A stretch of DNA of 64,000 bases. Source: a virus. The position numbers and the translations under genes are program-made. This document shows positions 8,327 through 18,702 of the stretch, in pieces. The stretch lies in IMG/VR virus record IMGVR_UViG_2651869518_000004, positions 1,266 through 65,265 of that record; one strand, 5' to 3'. Below the pieces are notes generated by a model. The model was not told the DNA's origin. It was given only the letters and a program-made list of their open reading frames with translations, and made no database searches. Every line of letters starts with the position of its first letter. Within the stretch, counting starts at the first letter, position 1.

Positions 8327-10579
8327 ATGCCGACGTACACCGACGTCTTCGGCGGCTCCTCGGTCCAACCCAGCCTTGTCCAGCTCACCCAGGTGAGCAT
8401 CTCGACAAGCATCGCCACGGCCTGGCCGGCGGCGGCCACCACGCTCACGCCGCTGGCGCGCATCATGGAGGTGACGGCCACGGCCGCGTCGCTGACCGTC
8501 ACGCTGCCCGACGCGACCTTGGTCGGCATTGGCCAGGACGTCCTGTTCGACAATGCGGGCTCCAACACGTTCACCGTGCTGGACTTTGCGGGCAACAGCA
8601 TCGCCACCGTCGCGCCCAGCACCGCCTTCTACTTGTACCTGCTGACCAACGGCACACAGGCCGGCACCTGGCGCGTGGTGCAATTTGGCGTGGGCACCTC
8701 GGGTGCCACGGCCTCGCAACTCGTTGGCTACGGCCTCAAGGCCATCGGCTCCTCGTTGAACCAGGCCATCAGCACCTCGACCATCAGCTCCAACTACTCC
8801 GTGCTGGCGTCTGACCGGGCCAAGCTCTACGTCAACACCGGCGCATCGATCACCGTCACGCTGCCGCTGACCAGCTCCGTCACCAACGACTACTTCTTCG
8901 AGCTGCGCAACAACGGCACCGGCACCATGACCATGGTGGGCACGTCGGGAGAGCAGATCGACGGTCTCTCCAGCGTGGTGCTCAACATCAACGAGAGCTG
9001 CATGGTGCACGCCGCCACTGGCGCCTGGTACACGGTGGGGCGCGGGCGCAACCAGCAGTTCAACTTCAGCCAGCTCAACAAGCCCGTGACGGGCGGCACG
9101 ACCACGCTCACACTGTCTGAGGCCAGCAACGTGGTGCAGACCTACAGCGGCACGCTCATCAGCAACCAGATCGTGGTGCTGCCGGCCGTGGTGCAGGTCT
9201 ACTACGTCACCAACAACTGCGTGGGCAGCTTTTCCTTCACGCTGAAGACGCCCAACACCGGCACGACCATTGCGATCCCCAACGGTCAGTCCGCCGTGGT
9301 GTTCTCCGACGGCACCAACGTCGTCAACGCATCCAACACCACCAGCGGCTTCAGCACGCTGGCGCTGAATGCGGGCTCGGTGTCGTCCCCCGCGCTGAGC
9401 CTATCCGCCGTCAACAATGGCTTCTACGCACCCAGCAGCACGACGCTGGCGGCAGCGCCGGCGGGCGTCGAGGCTCTGCGCTGGAGCGGCACGCAGAATC
9501 TGGCCGCAAACGGCTCTGCGGCTGCGCCCTCGTTCTCCTTCCTCGGGTACGCCGGCACGGGCCTCTTTATCGCTGGCGCCAACCAGATCGGCTTGGCCAT
9601 CAACGGCACCCAGGTGCTGACCTTCAGCGCTACGGGCCTGGCCGGTCTGACCTCGACCAACGTGACGACGGCGCTTGGGTTCACACCATACAGCGCTGCA
9701 AATCCGAGCGGGTACATCACCAGTGCCGGCGCGCCGGTGCAGTCTGTGGGCGGCAACACCGGCGCCGTGACCAGCGCCCAAGTAGCGGCGGCAGCCACAG
9801 CAGGTTATGGATTCACACCTTACTCGAACGCTAACCCGAGCGGCTATATCACAAGCGCTGGAGCGCCTGTTCAGTCGGTGGGCGGCAACACCGGCGCGAT
9901 TACTAACGCGCAGATTGCGGCGGCCGCCACAGCGGGCTACGGCTTCACTCCGTACTCGAACGCAAACCCGAGCGGCTACCAAACGTCTTCGGGCTCTGTC
10001 GCCACGGCTACCAATCTGGCCGGAGGCGCTGCAGGAGGTGTGCCCTACCAGACGGGTAGCGGTGCCACGTCAATGCTTGCGGCAGGAACTGCCGGCCAAG
10101 TGCTTACCTCCGGCGGCGCAGGCGCACCATCTTGGGCTGCTGTGCAAGGGGTCCCAAGCGGGGCCGTGTTCTGGTTTGCGGCGTCCAGCGCCCCCACAGG
10201 GTACCTTGAATGCAGCGGCGCGGCAGTCTCGCGTACCACCTACGCCGCGCTGTTTGCGGTCATCGGCACGACCTGGGGTGTGGGCGACGGAAGCACCACA
10301 TTCAACTTGCCGCAACTGCGCGGCGAGTTCATTCGCGGTTACGACAACGGTCGTGGGGTTGATCCTGGACGAGCGTTTGCCTCGTCGCAGACTGCGGACA
10401 TCGCGGCCCACGCGCACCTGTACGACTATTCATCCATCCAAGCGGGCGGAGGTACCGGCGGCGTCAACAACATCACGCAGGCGGCCAATACCGGCGGTGG
10501 CACCTTCAGCACCCGGAACTCAACCGGCACGGAAACCCGCCCGCGCAACATCGCAATGCTCCCTTGCATCAAAACCTAA
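8327..10579 (+). CDS. tail fiber protein with phage tail-collar C-terminal domain
   Basis: C-terminus FWFAASSAPTGYLECSGAAVSRTTYAALFAVIGTTWGVGDGSTTFNLPQLRGEFIRG matches the tail-collar fibre domain; internal 44-aa tandem repeats. Confidence 0.7.
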   Translation: MPTYTDVFGGSSVQPSLVQLTQVSISTSIATAWPAAATTLTPLARIMEVTATAASLTVTLPDATLVGIGQDVLFDNAGSNTFTVLDFAGNSIATVAPSTAFYLYLLTNGTQAGTWRVVQFGVGTSGATASQLVGYGLKAIGSSLNQAISTSTISSNYSVLASDRAKLYVNTGASITVTLPLTSSVTNDYFFELRNNGTGTMTMVGTSGEQIDGLSSVVLNINESCMVHAATGAWYTVGRGRNQQFNFSQLNKPVTGGTTTLTLSEASNVVQTYSGTLISNQIVVLPAVVQVYYVTNNCVGSFSFTLKTPNTGTTIAIPNGQSAVVFSDGTNVVNASNTTSGFSTLALNAGSVSSPALSLSAVNNGFYAPSSTTLAAAPAGVEALRWSGTQNLAANGSAAAPSFSFLGYAGTGLFIAGANQIGLAINGTQVLTFSATGLAGLTSTNVTTALGFTPYSAANPSGYITSAGAPVQSVGGNTGAVTSAQVAAAATAGYGFTPYSNANPSGYITSAGAPVQSVGGNTGAITNAQIAAAATAGYGFTPYSNANPSGYQTSSGSVATATNLAGGAAGGVPYQTGSGATSMLAAGTAGQVLTSGGAGAPSWAAVQGVPSGAVFWFAASSAPTGYLECSGAAVSRTTYAALFAVIGTTWGVGDGSTTFNLPQLRGEFIRGYDNGRGVDPGRAFASSQTADIAAHAHLYDYSSIQAGGGTGGVNNITQAANTGGGTFSTRNSTGTETRPRNIAMLPCIKT
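9677..9996 (+). repeat. 132-bp tandem repeat, about 2.4 copies, inside the tail fiber gene
   Basis: Protein repeat GFTPYS(A/N)ANPSGYITSAGAPVQSVGGNTGA(V/I)T(S/N)AQ(V/I)AAAATAGY; DNA copies differ mainly at synonymous positions. Confidence 0.6.
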
Positions 10580-10583
10580 GCCT

Positions 10584-10913
10584 ATGACCGGAACAACCGC
10601 ACCCATCACCGACCGCCGCAAAGACGCCAACAGCCAAGCCGTCGTGCTGCTGATTCAGTCGCTGCAGAGTGACCTGGGTCAGCTCAAGGACGACCTGCGC
10701 AACACCGTGCGCGATGCGCTCGCGGAAGGCTTCCCCGAGGGCGATGCATCGGCGCACAGAGCGCACCACGAGGGCCTCATCAAGGCCGCCAACGAGCGCG
10801 CGGAGTTTTACAAGGCCCTGCGGGTGAAGCTCGCAGAGTGGGGCCTTATCGCCTTTGCGGGCTGGGCGCTTTGGGCACTGTGGCAAGCATTTTTACTGGG
10901 ACCGAGAAAATGA
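10584..10913 (+). CDS. putative holin-like membrane protein
   Basis: 109 aa with a C-terminal hydrophobic segment (WGLIAFAGWALWALWQAFLL); ATGA-coupled to the endolysin gene directly after the fiber gene. Confidence 0.35.
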   Translation: MTGTTAPITDRRKDANSQAVVLLIQSLQSDLGQLKDDLRNTVRDALAEGFPEGDASAHRAHHEGLIKAANERAEFYKALRVKLAEWGLIAFAGWALWALWQAFLLGPRK

Positions 10914-11368
10914 CAAATAATGAGCAGGCATTCTTGGAAGCTATCGCGCACAGCGAGATCGGCGCCGGTCTGCTGGCCGTGAGCGACAACGGCTACAACG
11001 TGCTGGTGGGCGCCACGGCTCAGGCCCCGCTGCTGTTCACCGACTACAGCGACCACCCCAACATCTACAACGCCGCGTGCAACTCCACGGCGGCCGGGCG
11101 CTACCAGGTCCTGCACCGCTACTGGGTCTACTACAAGCGCATGCTGGAGCTGCCTGACTTTGGCAAGGACAGCCAGGACGCGGTGTGCATGCAGTACCTC
11201 AAGGAGTGCCACGCCCTGGACGACATCAACGCTGGCAACTTCGCCTCGGCTGTCGACAAGTGCTCCCACATTTGGGCCTCGCTCCCCGGCTCGCCATACG
11301 GCCAGCACACGAACAAGCTGGAGGACCTGCAGCTTGCGTTCACCAACGCCGGGGGCACGCTGGCATGA
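10910..11368 (+). CDS. endolysin, lambda R-like lytic transglycosylase
   Basis: Alignable along its length with lambda R (AFLEAIAHSE..GYNVLVG...LFTDYSDHP...GRYQVL..YW..Y...L.L.DF...SQDAV..Q...E..AL.DI..G....A.D.CS.IWASLPG..YGQ). Confidence 0.8.
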   Translation: MTNNEQAFLEAIAHSEIGAGLLAVSDNGYNVLVGATAQAPLLFTDYSDHPNIYNAACNSTAAGRYQVLHRYWVYYKRMLELPDFGKDSQDAVCMQYLKECHALDDINAGNFASAVDKCSHIWASLPGSPYGQHTNKLEDLQLAFTNAGGTLA

Positions 11369-11637
11369 GCGCGCGCAAGTGGTGCCTGCTCGACCTGGTG
11401 GCAGACCACAAGACGGGCAAGCTGCGCGAGACGGCCGTGTGGTCCAACGTGTGCAAGGCCGCCATGACCTGGGCCTTCATCTACACCGTCTTCTACGCCA
11501 AGGGCGGCTTCTCCGAGATGCTGTGGACGGCCTACGGCGGTGTGATGCTGGGCCATGAGGCCTACGCCCGATTCATGAACCAGCGCCAGCAAACACTGGA
11601 CAAGGACAAGCCCAATGAACTTCCTCGGCCCGTATAA
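11365..11637 (+). CDS. small membrane protein (holin/antiholin candidate)
   Basis: 90 aa with a hydrophobic core (AMTWAFIYTVFYAKGGF); ATGA overlap with the endolysin stop. Confidence 0.3.
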   Translation: MSARKWCLLDLVADHKTGKLRETAVWSNVCKAAMTWAFIYTVFYAKGGFSEMLWTAYGGVMLGHEAYARFMNQRQQTLDKDKPNELPRPV

Positions 11638-12085
11638 GTATGTGGTGGATTTTCTGGTTATTGCCGCTCTGGTCGGTGTGGCCGCTTTCGGGGTCCACAA
11701 GTACGACACCTACCAGCAAGACATTGGCGCCGCCCGAGTCCAAGCTGCGTGGGACAAGCAACGGCTGAGCGACACCCAAGCGGCCGACGCGCTGCGCGCC
11801 CAATACCAAAAGGAGAAAGACGATGCGCTTGCACAAAATGCTCGAAATGTTCAGGTGGCCCTCGCCGCTGCTACTGCTGCTGGTCAGTCTAGTAGGGTGC
11901 TCGACGGCACCCTCAAGTCCCTCCTCGCCGCCAGCGCCAACGGTAGCGTCGAAGCCAATCGCCGCTACACCGCAGCCCTCGCAGAAGTATTCGGAGACTG
12001 TAAGGACAAATATCGAGAGCTGGGACAAAAAGCTCAAGGCCACGCTGACGACGCCTTAATGTTTGAACAGGCTTGGCCCAAATGA
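11615..12085 (+). CDS. i-spanin (Rz-like)
   Basis: N-terminal TM helix (VVDFLVIAALVGVAAFGV) followed by a coiled-coil periplasmic domain; an o-spanin ORF is embedded in the +1 frame. Confidence 0.5.
   Translation: MNFLGPYKYVVDFLVIAALVGVAAFGVHKYDTYQQDIGAARVQAAWDKQRLSDTQAADALRAQYQKEKDDALAQNARNVQVALAAATAAGQSSRVLDGTLKSLLAASANGSVEANRRYTAALAEVFGDCKDKYRELGQKAQGHADDALMFEQAWPK
11823..12059 (+). CDS. o-spanin (Rz1-like), embedded in the i-spanin gene
   Basis: Lipoprotein signal with lipobox LVGCS, Pro-rich mature part; fully embedded architecture as in lambda Rz/Rz1. Confidence 0.5.
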   Translation: MRLHKMLEMFRWPSPLLLLLVSLVGCSTAPSSPSSPPAPTVASKPIAATPQPSQKYSETVRTNIESWDKKLKATLTTP

Positions 12086-12717
12086 GCACCCCATCCTCCT
12101 TCACCTACACGCAGCTCCAGACCCTGGTGCCGCAGTACGCGGAGCGCGCCGACACGGCCTTCGCAAACCAGGTGCCCACCTTCATCGCGCTGGCCGAGAA
12201 CCGCATCGCCACGGAGGTCAAGCAGCAGGGCTTTGAGTCGGTGGTGACGGGCACGCTCGCGGTCAACTCGGTGCTGGCTAAGCCGACCTACTGGAAGAGC
12301 ACGATCAGCTTTAACTATACGGACGCCACGGGCGCCCGCAACCCCATCTTCCTGCGCCCGCTGGAGTATGTACGCAACCACTGGCCCAACCCGAGCCTGA
12401 CCGGTGCGCCGCGCTTCTACGCCGACTACAACGCGACCCACTTCCTGCTTGGCCCCACACCCTCGGCGGCGTTCGCCTTCGAGCTGAGCTACTACGCGCG
12501 GCTGCAGCCCCTCGGCCCCACGAACGATGCCAACTGGATGACCGGCAACATGCCCCAGGTGCTGTTCGCGGCCGTGATGGTGGAGGCCTGCCGCTTCATC
12601 AAAAACTCTTCCCGCCAGGACACTTGGGAGCAGATGTACCAAGGCGCCAAGGGCGCGATCCAGGGCGAGAACTCCGAGCGCCAGGCCGACCGCAACGAAG
12701 TATTCACGAGGCCCTGA
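12073..12717 (+). CDS. tail tubular protein A-like (T7 gp11-like) candidate
   Basis: C-terminal MPQVLFAAVMVEACRFIKNSSRQ resembles T7 gp11 [20 protein letters not shown]; lies before a large tail protein. Confidence 0.3.
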   Translation: MAQMSTPSSFTYTQLQTLVPQYAERADTAFANQVPTFIALAENRIATEVKQQGFESVVTGTLAVNSVLAKPTYWKSTISFNYTDATGARNPIFLRPLEYVRNHWPNPSLTGAPRFYADYNATHFLLGPTPSAAFAFELSYYARLQPLGPTNDANWMTGNMPQVLFAAVMVEACRFIKNSSRQDTWEQMYQGAKGAIQGENSERQADRNEVFTRP

Positions 12718-14681
12718 TGCCCGACACCCTCTACACCTTTGACTCCAAGCCGGGCATCCGCCGGGACGGCACGAACTTGGACGCGCCGTTCTATCAGGAC
12801 GGTGTCTGGGTGCGCTTCCAGCGCGGCAAGCCGCGCAAGATCGGTGGCTACCAGGCCATGACGCAACTGGCCAACGGGCCGGTGCGCGCGGTGCTGCTTG
12901 ACACCCGAGGCGGCGTCTACTCGACGCACCTCTTCAGCCAGTGGGGCGTGCAGCGCGTGCAGTTCAGCAGCTCGGGCGCTGCCAGCGTGCTCGCCGACCG
13001 CACGCCGGCAGGATTCACCGTGGACCCAACGCTGACCTGGTCCTTCGACACCATGTACAGCTCCACCGGCGGGACCTACTCGGCCGTGATCGCGGCCAGC
13101 TCCCCGGACGCGCTGGACATCACCAACGACGTGGGCGGCGGCATCTACTCGGGCAACATCGCCGCCAACGATCCGCTGACCGTGGTAAGCGACGGCTCCG
13201 GCCCGATCAGCGTCTCGGGCGGCGTGTGCGTGCTGCAACCGTTCCTGTTTGTCTATGGGGCCAACGGCCTGATCCGCAATTCCAACGCGAACAACTTCAG
13301 CGCCGCCACCGGCTGGACCACGGGCGGCTCCAACTTTGCCAACAGCAACAACGTCTCCGGCACCAAGGTCGTCTACGGTCAGGCGGTCCGTGGAGGCTCC
13401 AGCTCGCCGGCCGGGCTCTTCTGGTCGCTGGATGCGCTGACCCGGGTGAGCTTCGTGGGCGGCACGGCGCTCTGGAACTACGACACGCTCGCGTGCCCCA
13501 CCACGGTGCTCAGCAAGAGCGCCATCGTGGAGCACGACGGTAAGTACTTCTGGCCTGGGCAGGACCGGTTCATGTTCTACAACGGCGTGGTGCAGGAGCT
13601 GCCCAACGACATGAACCTGAACTACTTCTTCGACAACATCAACTACGCGCACCAGAACAAGGTCTTCGGCGTGAAGCTTGCGCGCTGGGGTGAGATTTGG
13701 TGGTTCTACCCGCGCGGCACCGACACCGAGTGCGGTAACGCGGTGATCTTCAACTACCGCGAGAACACCTGGTACGACGCCGTCTGCCAGCGCAGCGCCG
13801 CCTCCAGCCCCGCCTCCAACTTCCGCTTCCCCGTCATGGTGGGCGCGGAGGATAGCTACACGACCAAGCTGATCAACACCGGCACCTCGCTCTCCACCAG
13901 CGCCACCACGGCCAGCGGCAGCAACGTGCTGACCTTTGCGGCCGTTAGCGGCGTCAGCAACGGCATGGTGGTCTCAGGCACGGGCATCGCCTACGGCAGC
14001 ACGGTATCCTCGTTCACGGGCACCACGGTGACGCTGAGCCTGAACACCACCGGCGTGGCCACGGCGGCCGTGATCGCCTTCACGACCATGACCACCGCGT
14101 TCCAGATCGGCCAGACCGTCACGGGCGGCACCTCGGGCGCTACGGGCATTGTGCGCCGGGTCCTGACCACATCGATCAGCGCCTCCGACATCACCGGCAC
14201 CTTTGCGGCCGGCGAGACGATCACGGGCGCAAGCGGCTCCACGGCGGTGGTACAGGGCACGCCTGTGAGCCAGCAGCTAGTGGCACAGTACATGCACGAG
14301 TTCGGCTTTGACAAGGTGGTGGGGCAGAACGTCAGCTCGATCACCAGCTCGATCACCTCGCGCAACTTTGGCTTTGCCATCGGCGGCCCACTGGACGACG
14401 TGCCCAAGACGATGGACATGCAGACCCGGCTGCAGCGCTTTGAGCCAGACTACAACCAGACCGGCACGCTGACCCTCAACGTCTTCGGGCGGTCCTTCGC
14501 CCAAGACCCGCCGCTGGTGATCAACAGCTACACGCTGCCAGTCGGTCAGCCGTTCCAGGACATGACCGACCAGGCCCGGATCATCAACTTGCAGATCGTG
14601 AGCAACACGGTCGGCGGGTTCTATGAGCAGGGCCAGGTGATGCTGAAGATGGAGCCGGGCGACGAGCGCTCCACCGTATGA
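12717..14681 (+). CDS. large tail structural protein (tail tubular B/nozzle candidate)
   Basis: 654 aa; ATGA-coupled; contains an SNVLTF..VSG..G..VSGTGI..TGTTVT(L/I)S domain also present in the 200-aa protein at 59978. Confidence 0.35.
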   Translation: MPDTLYTFDSKPGIRRDGTNLDAPFYQDGVWVRFQRGKPRKIGGYQAMTQLANGPVRAVLLDTRGGVYSTHLFSQWGVQRVQFSSSGAASVLADRTPAGFTVDPTLTWSFDTMYSSTGGTYSAVIAASSPDALDITNDVGGGIYSGNIAANDPLTVVSDGSGPISVSGGVCVLQPFLFVYGANGLIRNSNANNFSAATGWTTGGSNFANSNNVSGTKVVYGQAVRGGSSSPAGLFWSLDALTRVSFVGGTALWNYDTLACPTTVLSKSAIVEHDGKYFWPGQDRFMFYNGVVQELPNDMNLNYFFDNINYAHQNKVFGVKLARWGEIWWFYPRGTDTECGNAVIFNYRENTWYDAVCQRSAASSPASNFRFPVMVGAEDSYTTKLINTGTSLSTSATTASGSNVLTFAAVSGVSNGMVVSGTGIAYGSTVSSFTGTTVTLSLNTTGVATAAVIAFTTMTTAFQIGQTVTGGTSGATGIVRRVLTTSISASDITGTFAAGETITGASGSTAVVQGTPVSQQLVAQYMHEFGFDKVVGQNVSSITSSITSRNFGFAIGGPLDDVPKTMDMQTRLQRFEPDYNQTGTLTLNVFGRSFAQDPPLVINSYTLPVGQPFQDMTDQARIINLQIVSNTVGGFYEQGQVMLKMEPGDERSTV

Positions 14682-14920
14682 AGCTAAATTCTTCGTACCT
14701 GCCCGAGCCGTATGGCTTAAAATTCGAGCAGTGGGGTTCCATAGTAGCTGAACAGCTCGCGTCTTTTGGCGTTTCAGCCCCACTCAACGACGACACATGG
14801 ACGACGTGGGTAAGTGCGCTGCATCAAGTGCCAGAGCTTGCGTCAATGAACATCCCCCAGGCGGACGGCTTTCAAAGCTGGTCGGACTGGGCGGAGCAGT
14901 TTATTGGCTCAGTGAGGTAA
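14678..14920 (+). CDS. hypothetical protein
   Basis: 80-aa ORF with ATGA overlap to the upstream gene. Confidence 0.3.
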   Translation: MKLNSSYLPEPYGLKFEQWGSIVAEQLASFGVSAPLNDDTWTTWVSALHQVPELASMNIPQADGFQSWSDWAEQFIGSVR

Positions 14921-14927
14921 CAGCAGC

Positions 14928-15842
14928 ATGACCTATCAACTTACCGGCTACGATGAAAACGGAGACCCGACCTACGCGGACGTCCCGGACGCGCCCAGCT
15001 ACTCGTCGGGCGGCGACATGGGTCCTGCTCCCGATGCGCCTGGCGCAGGCTCCGGCCAAGCGGATGTAATCTCCGGCGCCACGCCGCCCAACTCTGACCT
15101 CTCCTTGGCCCAGCAGTACGCCTCTTACGGGGCAGGCGGGGGTGGTGCGGGCAATACAGCCACCCCCGGAAGCGGGATGGACAACGGGACGATGGGCGCC
15201 TCCAGCGCAAGCGGATCGGGCGTCGACTGGGCGGGCCTTCTGAAGACCCTTGGCCTCACCAACTCGGCAACCGGCAACACCGACTGGAGCAAGGTCCTCG
15301 GTCTGGGTCTGGGTGGTGCGTCGCTTATCAGCTCCCTGAACCAGCCCGCATATCAGGCCAAGACGCCAGCCCAGCTTCTCGCGGGCATGCCCAGTAACGC
15401 GCCCACTTGGTCTGCGGCCCAGAAGACTGCCATGCAGACGCCCATGAAGTCGGGCACGGCCCTGCAGCGCGTGGCCGCAGCCAACATGCCTTCGAGCATC
15501 GTGGCCGGCGTGCGAGGCTACGCAGAGGGTGGCGAGGTGCAGGGCCCTCTAAGTCAAGTAGCGCCCCCTGGGCCTTCCGGCCCGCAGGCATTCTCCGGCC
15601 CCGTCCCGATGGACGCCGGTGGTGGGCAGGATGACCTATTCCCCGCGCAACTCGCCGGTGGTGAGTTCGTGTTCGATGCAGAGACTGTAAGCATGGCCGG
15701 CGACGGCAACACGCAGGCGGGCTTTGACAGACTCAACCAACTGCGCGAGGAGCTTCGCGCTCAGAAGCGCGCGGCCCCCAATGGACAAATCCCCGCGCCC
15801 ACCGGCGCGCTCAGCATTGCGAAGGGAGCCATGAATGGCTGA
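14928..15842 (+). CDS. Gly/Ala/Ser-rich internal virion protein candidate
   Basis: Low-complexity G/A/S-rich 304-aa protein in the post-tail block; analogous to the 291-aa G-rich protein at 55844. Confidence 0.3.
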   Translation: MTYQLTGYDENGDPTYADVPDAPSYSSGGDMGPAPDAPGAGSGQADVISGATPPNSDLSLAQQYASYGAGGGGAGNTATPGSGMDNGTMGASSASGSGVDWAGLLKTLGLTNSATGNTDWSKVLGLGLGGASLISSLNQPAYQAKTPAQLLAGMPSNAPTWSAAQKTAMQTPMKSGTALQRVAAANMPSSIVAGVRGYAEGGEVQGPLSQVAPPGPSGPQAFSGPVPMDAGGGQDDLFPAQLAGGEFVFDAETVSMAGDGNTQAGFDRLNQLREELRAQKRAAPNGQIPAPTGALSIAKGAMNG

Positions 15843-16854
15843 TCTGACTACCGGATCGCCCGGCGCGGCGATTGATACCACCAGCGCCACATCCAAGGAC
15901 CTGCCCGCTTGGTATCAGGACTACACATCCAACCTGGCCAGCCAGGCCAGCAACGTCGCGCAGCAGAACAACAGCCAGCCCCTGCCCGCGCAGAGCGTGG
16001 CCGGCTTCAACCCAACCCAAGTCCAGGCCTTCGACCAGACCCAGGCCAGTCAGGGCGCGTGGAAGCCCACACTGGACACGGCCGTGGGCGCCAACAGCCA
16101 GATCGGCAACGCCGCCTCGACGGGCGTGGCCAACGCCAACGCGGCCGTGGCCGGCCCGGCCCAGACTTGGAACAGCGACACCGCGTCCAAGTACATGAGC
16201 CCGTACACGTCGAACGTGATCAGCGGGCTCACGGACGCGGCCAACCGCAACTGGAACAACACGATCATGCCGGGCATCAACAGCTCGATGATCAGCAACG
16301 GCGAATTTGGCTCTACCCGCAACGCCTCGGCGCTGGGCCAGGCCGGCGTGGACTTCCAAACAGCCCTGAACGGCCAGGTGTCCAACGCGCTGCAGTCGGG
16401 CTACTCCGGCGCCCAGACGCAATTCAACGCGGACGCGGGGCGCACGCAGCAGCAGGGCGCGCTGCAGGCCAGCACGGCCCTGACCGGCGCCAGCACCAAC
16501 GCCAACGCGCTCAACACGCAGGCCACCGGAGCGGGCGCGCTGAGCCAGGTCACGCAGGGTCTGAACAACACCGACAACCAGTCCATATTGAACATCGGCG
16601 ACAAGCAACAGCAGCTCCAGCAGACCGGCCTGAACACGGACTACACCAACGCCATGTCCGCGCGCACCGACCCCTGGACGCAGATCAACAACATGAACGG
16701 CGCGCTGGCCAACGTCCAGCTCCCGAGCACCACGACGACCGACAACAGCGGCCCGGCGAGCGCCTACGGTCCCGGCGCGCTGCAGGGCGCGCTGTCGGCC
16801 TATCTGCTGAGCCAGGGTATCAACCCGAACGGTGCAACTACGGGGGCCAAGTAA
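15835..16854 (+). CDS. Q/N/A-rich internal virion protein candidate
   Basis: 339 aa, overlapping start/stop with neighbours; composition typical of podoviral internal-core proteins. Confidence 0.3.
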   Translation: MADLTTGSPGAAIDTTSATSKDLPAWYQDYTSNLASQASNVAQQNNSQPLPAQSVAGFNPTQVQAFDQTQASQGAWKPTLDTAVGANSQIGNAASTGVANANAAVAGPAQTWNSDTASKYMSPYTSNVISGLTDAANRNWNNTIMPGINSSMISNGEFGSTRNASALGQAGVDFQTALNGQVSNALQSGYSGAQTQFNADAGRTQQQGALQASTALTGASTNANALNTQATGAGALSQVTQGLNNTDNQSILNIGDKQQQLQQTGLNTDYTNAMSARTDPWTQINNMNGALANVQLPSTTTTDNSGPASAYGPGALQGALSAYLLSQGINPNGATTGAK

Positions 16855-18693
16855 ATGGGCGCACTCAACACCTCGGACCAGTTTGACTTCCTTCCGCCCA
16901 AGGCGCGCGCGGACATCATGCGAGACATCATGCTCAACGGCAACGACCTGCCGACCATGAGCCTAGACACCCGCAAGATGGGCGGGCAGGGCGGGGTGAT
17001 GGTGGCCGGCCCCGTGCTGTCGAAAGACTTGGCCGGCTACGACGGTGAGGTCGGCCCACTCACCCGCACGTCGGACACGATCTCGGACCCGGCCCCAATG
17101 GGCGCCGGCCCATCTCAGGAGACCCAGGACGCGGGGTCGGCTGCAGGCATGGGCGCGCTTTCGCAGCTCCCCGAGTACAAGATGCCCAGCTTGCAGGACG
17201 CGATGGCCATCTACGCCCCGCAGGAGCAGACCCAGCGGCAGATGTATTTGGCGCTGGCCGCCGGCCTGGGCCGAGCCACCAAGACCGGCAGCCTGGGCGA
17301 GTCCATCGGCAACGCGGCCGAGGCCATGAGCACGGTCCAGGCTGAGCAGCAGAAGCTGCGCATGCAGTACCTGCCGACCATCATGAACCAGCTTGTGCAG
17401 CAGCAGGCCATGCAGTACAAGATTCAGTCGGCCCAGTCGATTGGCCAGCAGATCGCTCAAAACAGCGGCTACGGTGCGCAGGCGCCCGGCCAAGGCCCTG
17501 GGCAGGCCCCGGGCGCTCCAGGCGCTCCCGCGCCCGGGCAGGCCCCTGCGTGGTCCCCTGAGCAGCACGGCGGCCTGCAGCGCCCGATCCCCCAGGCCCT
17601 GCTGCGCCAGGCCATGCAGCAGGTCCCGTTCGACAACGGCAAGGCCCTGTACGAGCTGCAGAAGGAATACAGCACGCCAAAATGGGAAATGCAAGAGGGC
17701 TACCTGCGCAACACCGCCGCGCCCCAGCAGCAGGGTTTTGCACCGGCGGTGCACACGTCGGCGGCCGGCGACACTACGGTGACCATGCCGGGCGCCAATG
17801 GCGGCGTGAACGTGAGCGCAGCCCCGGGCGCTGTGGACGCCAAGCTGGCGCTACAAGGCGGCACGCCCACGACCGTGAAGGTCGGATCGCAGGAGGTGCA
17901 ACTGGCCCCGGCTGAGTTCAAGGCGTTCACCGAGACCGGCCGGCTCCCGCAACGCTACGCCGCGCTGCAGCCCCAGGTTCCTGGGCAGCTCGGCGCGCAT
18001 GCCCCCGGTGACGCTGCGATCCCCGGCGCGACGGCCTCCCCGGCCGAGCTGGCGCGCCAGGGCGCCGAGAAGGTTGCCCTGGAGACGTCTGCACGTGGCC
18101 AGGTCGAGAATGGCACCGCCTACGAGCGCCGGCTGCTGGACACGCACGCCATGAACGAGTCCATGATGTTCCGCAACAGCCAGATCGCCCCGCTGCTGCA
18201 GCAGGTCCAGACCGGCAAGGCTGGCCAGGCCACGTTCGCCCAGCTCGGAACTTACCTGCAGAACTCCGGCATCGACGCGCCCACCGTGCAAAACTGGCTG
18301 AACAAGATGGCCGGTGGCGACACCTCGGTGGTCAAGACCATTGAGAACCAGCTCGCCGCTGCCGGCATCACCACCATGCTCACCACGCTGGACAAGGAGG
18401 GCTCACCTAACCGGGCCATGTTCCAGGCTGTGCACGAGGCGCAGGAGAGCCTCAAGTCCGGCAACCTGACCCTGCAGCGCGTGATGCAAATCCAGCAGGA
18501 TGCCTACAAGAACACCCTGCACGAGGTGAACGCGATGGACCAGGCCAAGGAGAGCCGCACCTACGACCCCGCGCGCTGGGGCACCAGCTACGCCAAGGTG
18601 CGGGCGCAGCAGTACCTGCCGCAGGAGCCGGTTGGGCAGACCGCCGCGCCCAAGGTGCGCCGCTTCAACGCCGACGGCTCGGTAGCGCAATAG
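16855..18693 (+). CDS. internal virion/ejection protein candidate
   Basis: 612 aa, Q-rich, in a series of large co-oriented genes after the tail tubular candidates. Confidence 0.3.
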   Translation: MGALNTSDQFDFLPPKARADIMRDIMLNGNDLPTMSLDTRKMGGQGGVMVAGPVLSKDLAGYDGEVGPLTRTSDTISDPAPMGAGPSQETQDAGSAAGMGALSQLPEYKMPSLQDAMAIYAPQEQTQRQMYLALAAGLGRATKTGSLGESIGNAAEAMSTVQAEQQKLRMQYLPTIMNQLVQQQAMQYKIQSAQSIGQQIAQNSGYGAQAPGQGPGQAPGAPGAPAPGQAPAWSPEQHGGLQRPIPQALLRQAMQQVPFDNGKALYELQKEYSTPKWEMQEGYLRNTAAPQQQGFAPAVHTSAAGDTTVTMPGANGGVNVSAAPGAVDAKLALQGGTPTTVKVGSQEVQLAPAEFKAFTETGRLPQRYAALQPQVPGQLGAHAPGDAAIPGATASPAELARQGAEKVALETSARGQVENGTAYERRLLDTHAMNESMMFRNSQIAPLLQQVQTGKAGQATFAQLGTYLQNSGIDAPTVQNWLNKMAGGDTSVVKTIENQLAAAGITTMLTTLDKEGSPNRAMFQAVHEAQESLKSGNLTLQRVMQIQQDAYKNTLHEVNAMDQAKESRTYDPARWGTSYAKVRAQQYLPQEPVGQTAAPKVRRFNADGSVAQ

Positions 18694-18702
18694 GAGCCAC
18701 GC

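Noticed and set aside
9807-10913. 368-aa plus-strand ORF spanning the tail fiber 3' end and the holin-like gene.
   Set aside because: R/P/S-rich junk until the last 109 aa. Only the portion from ATG 10584 is kept, as the holin-like gene.
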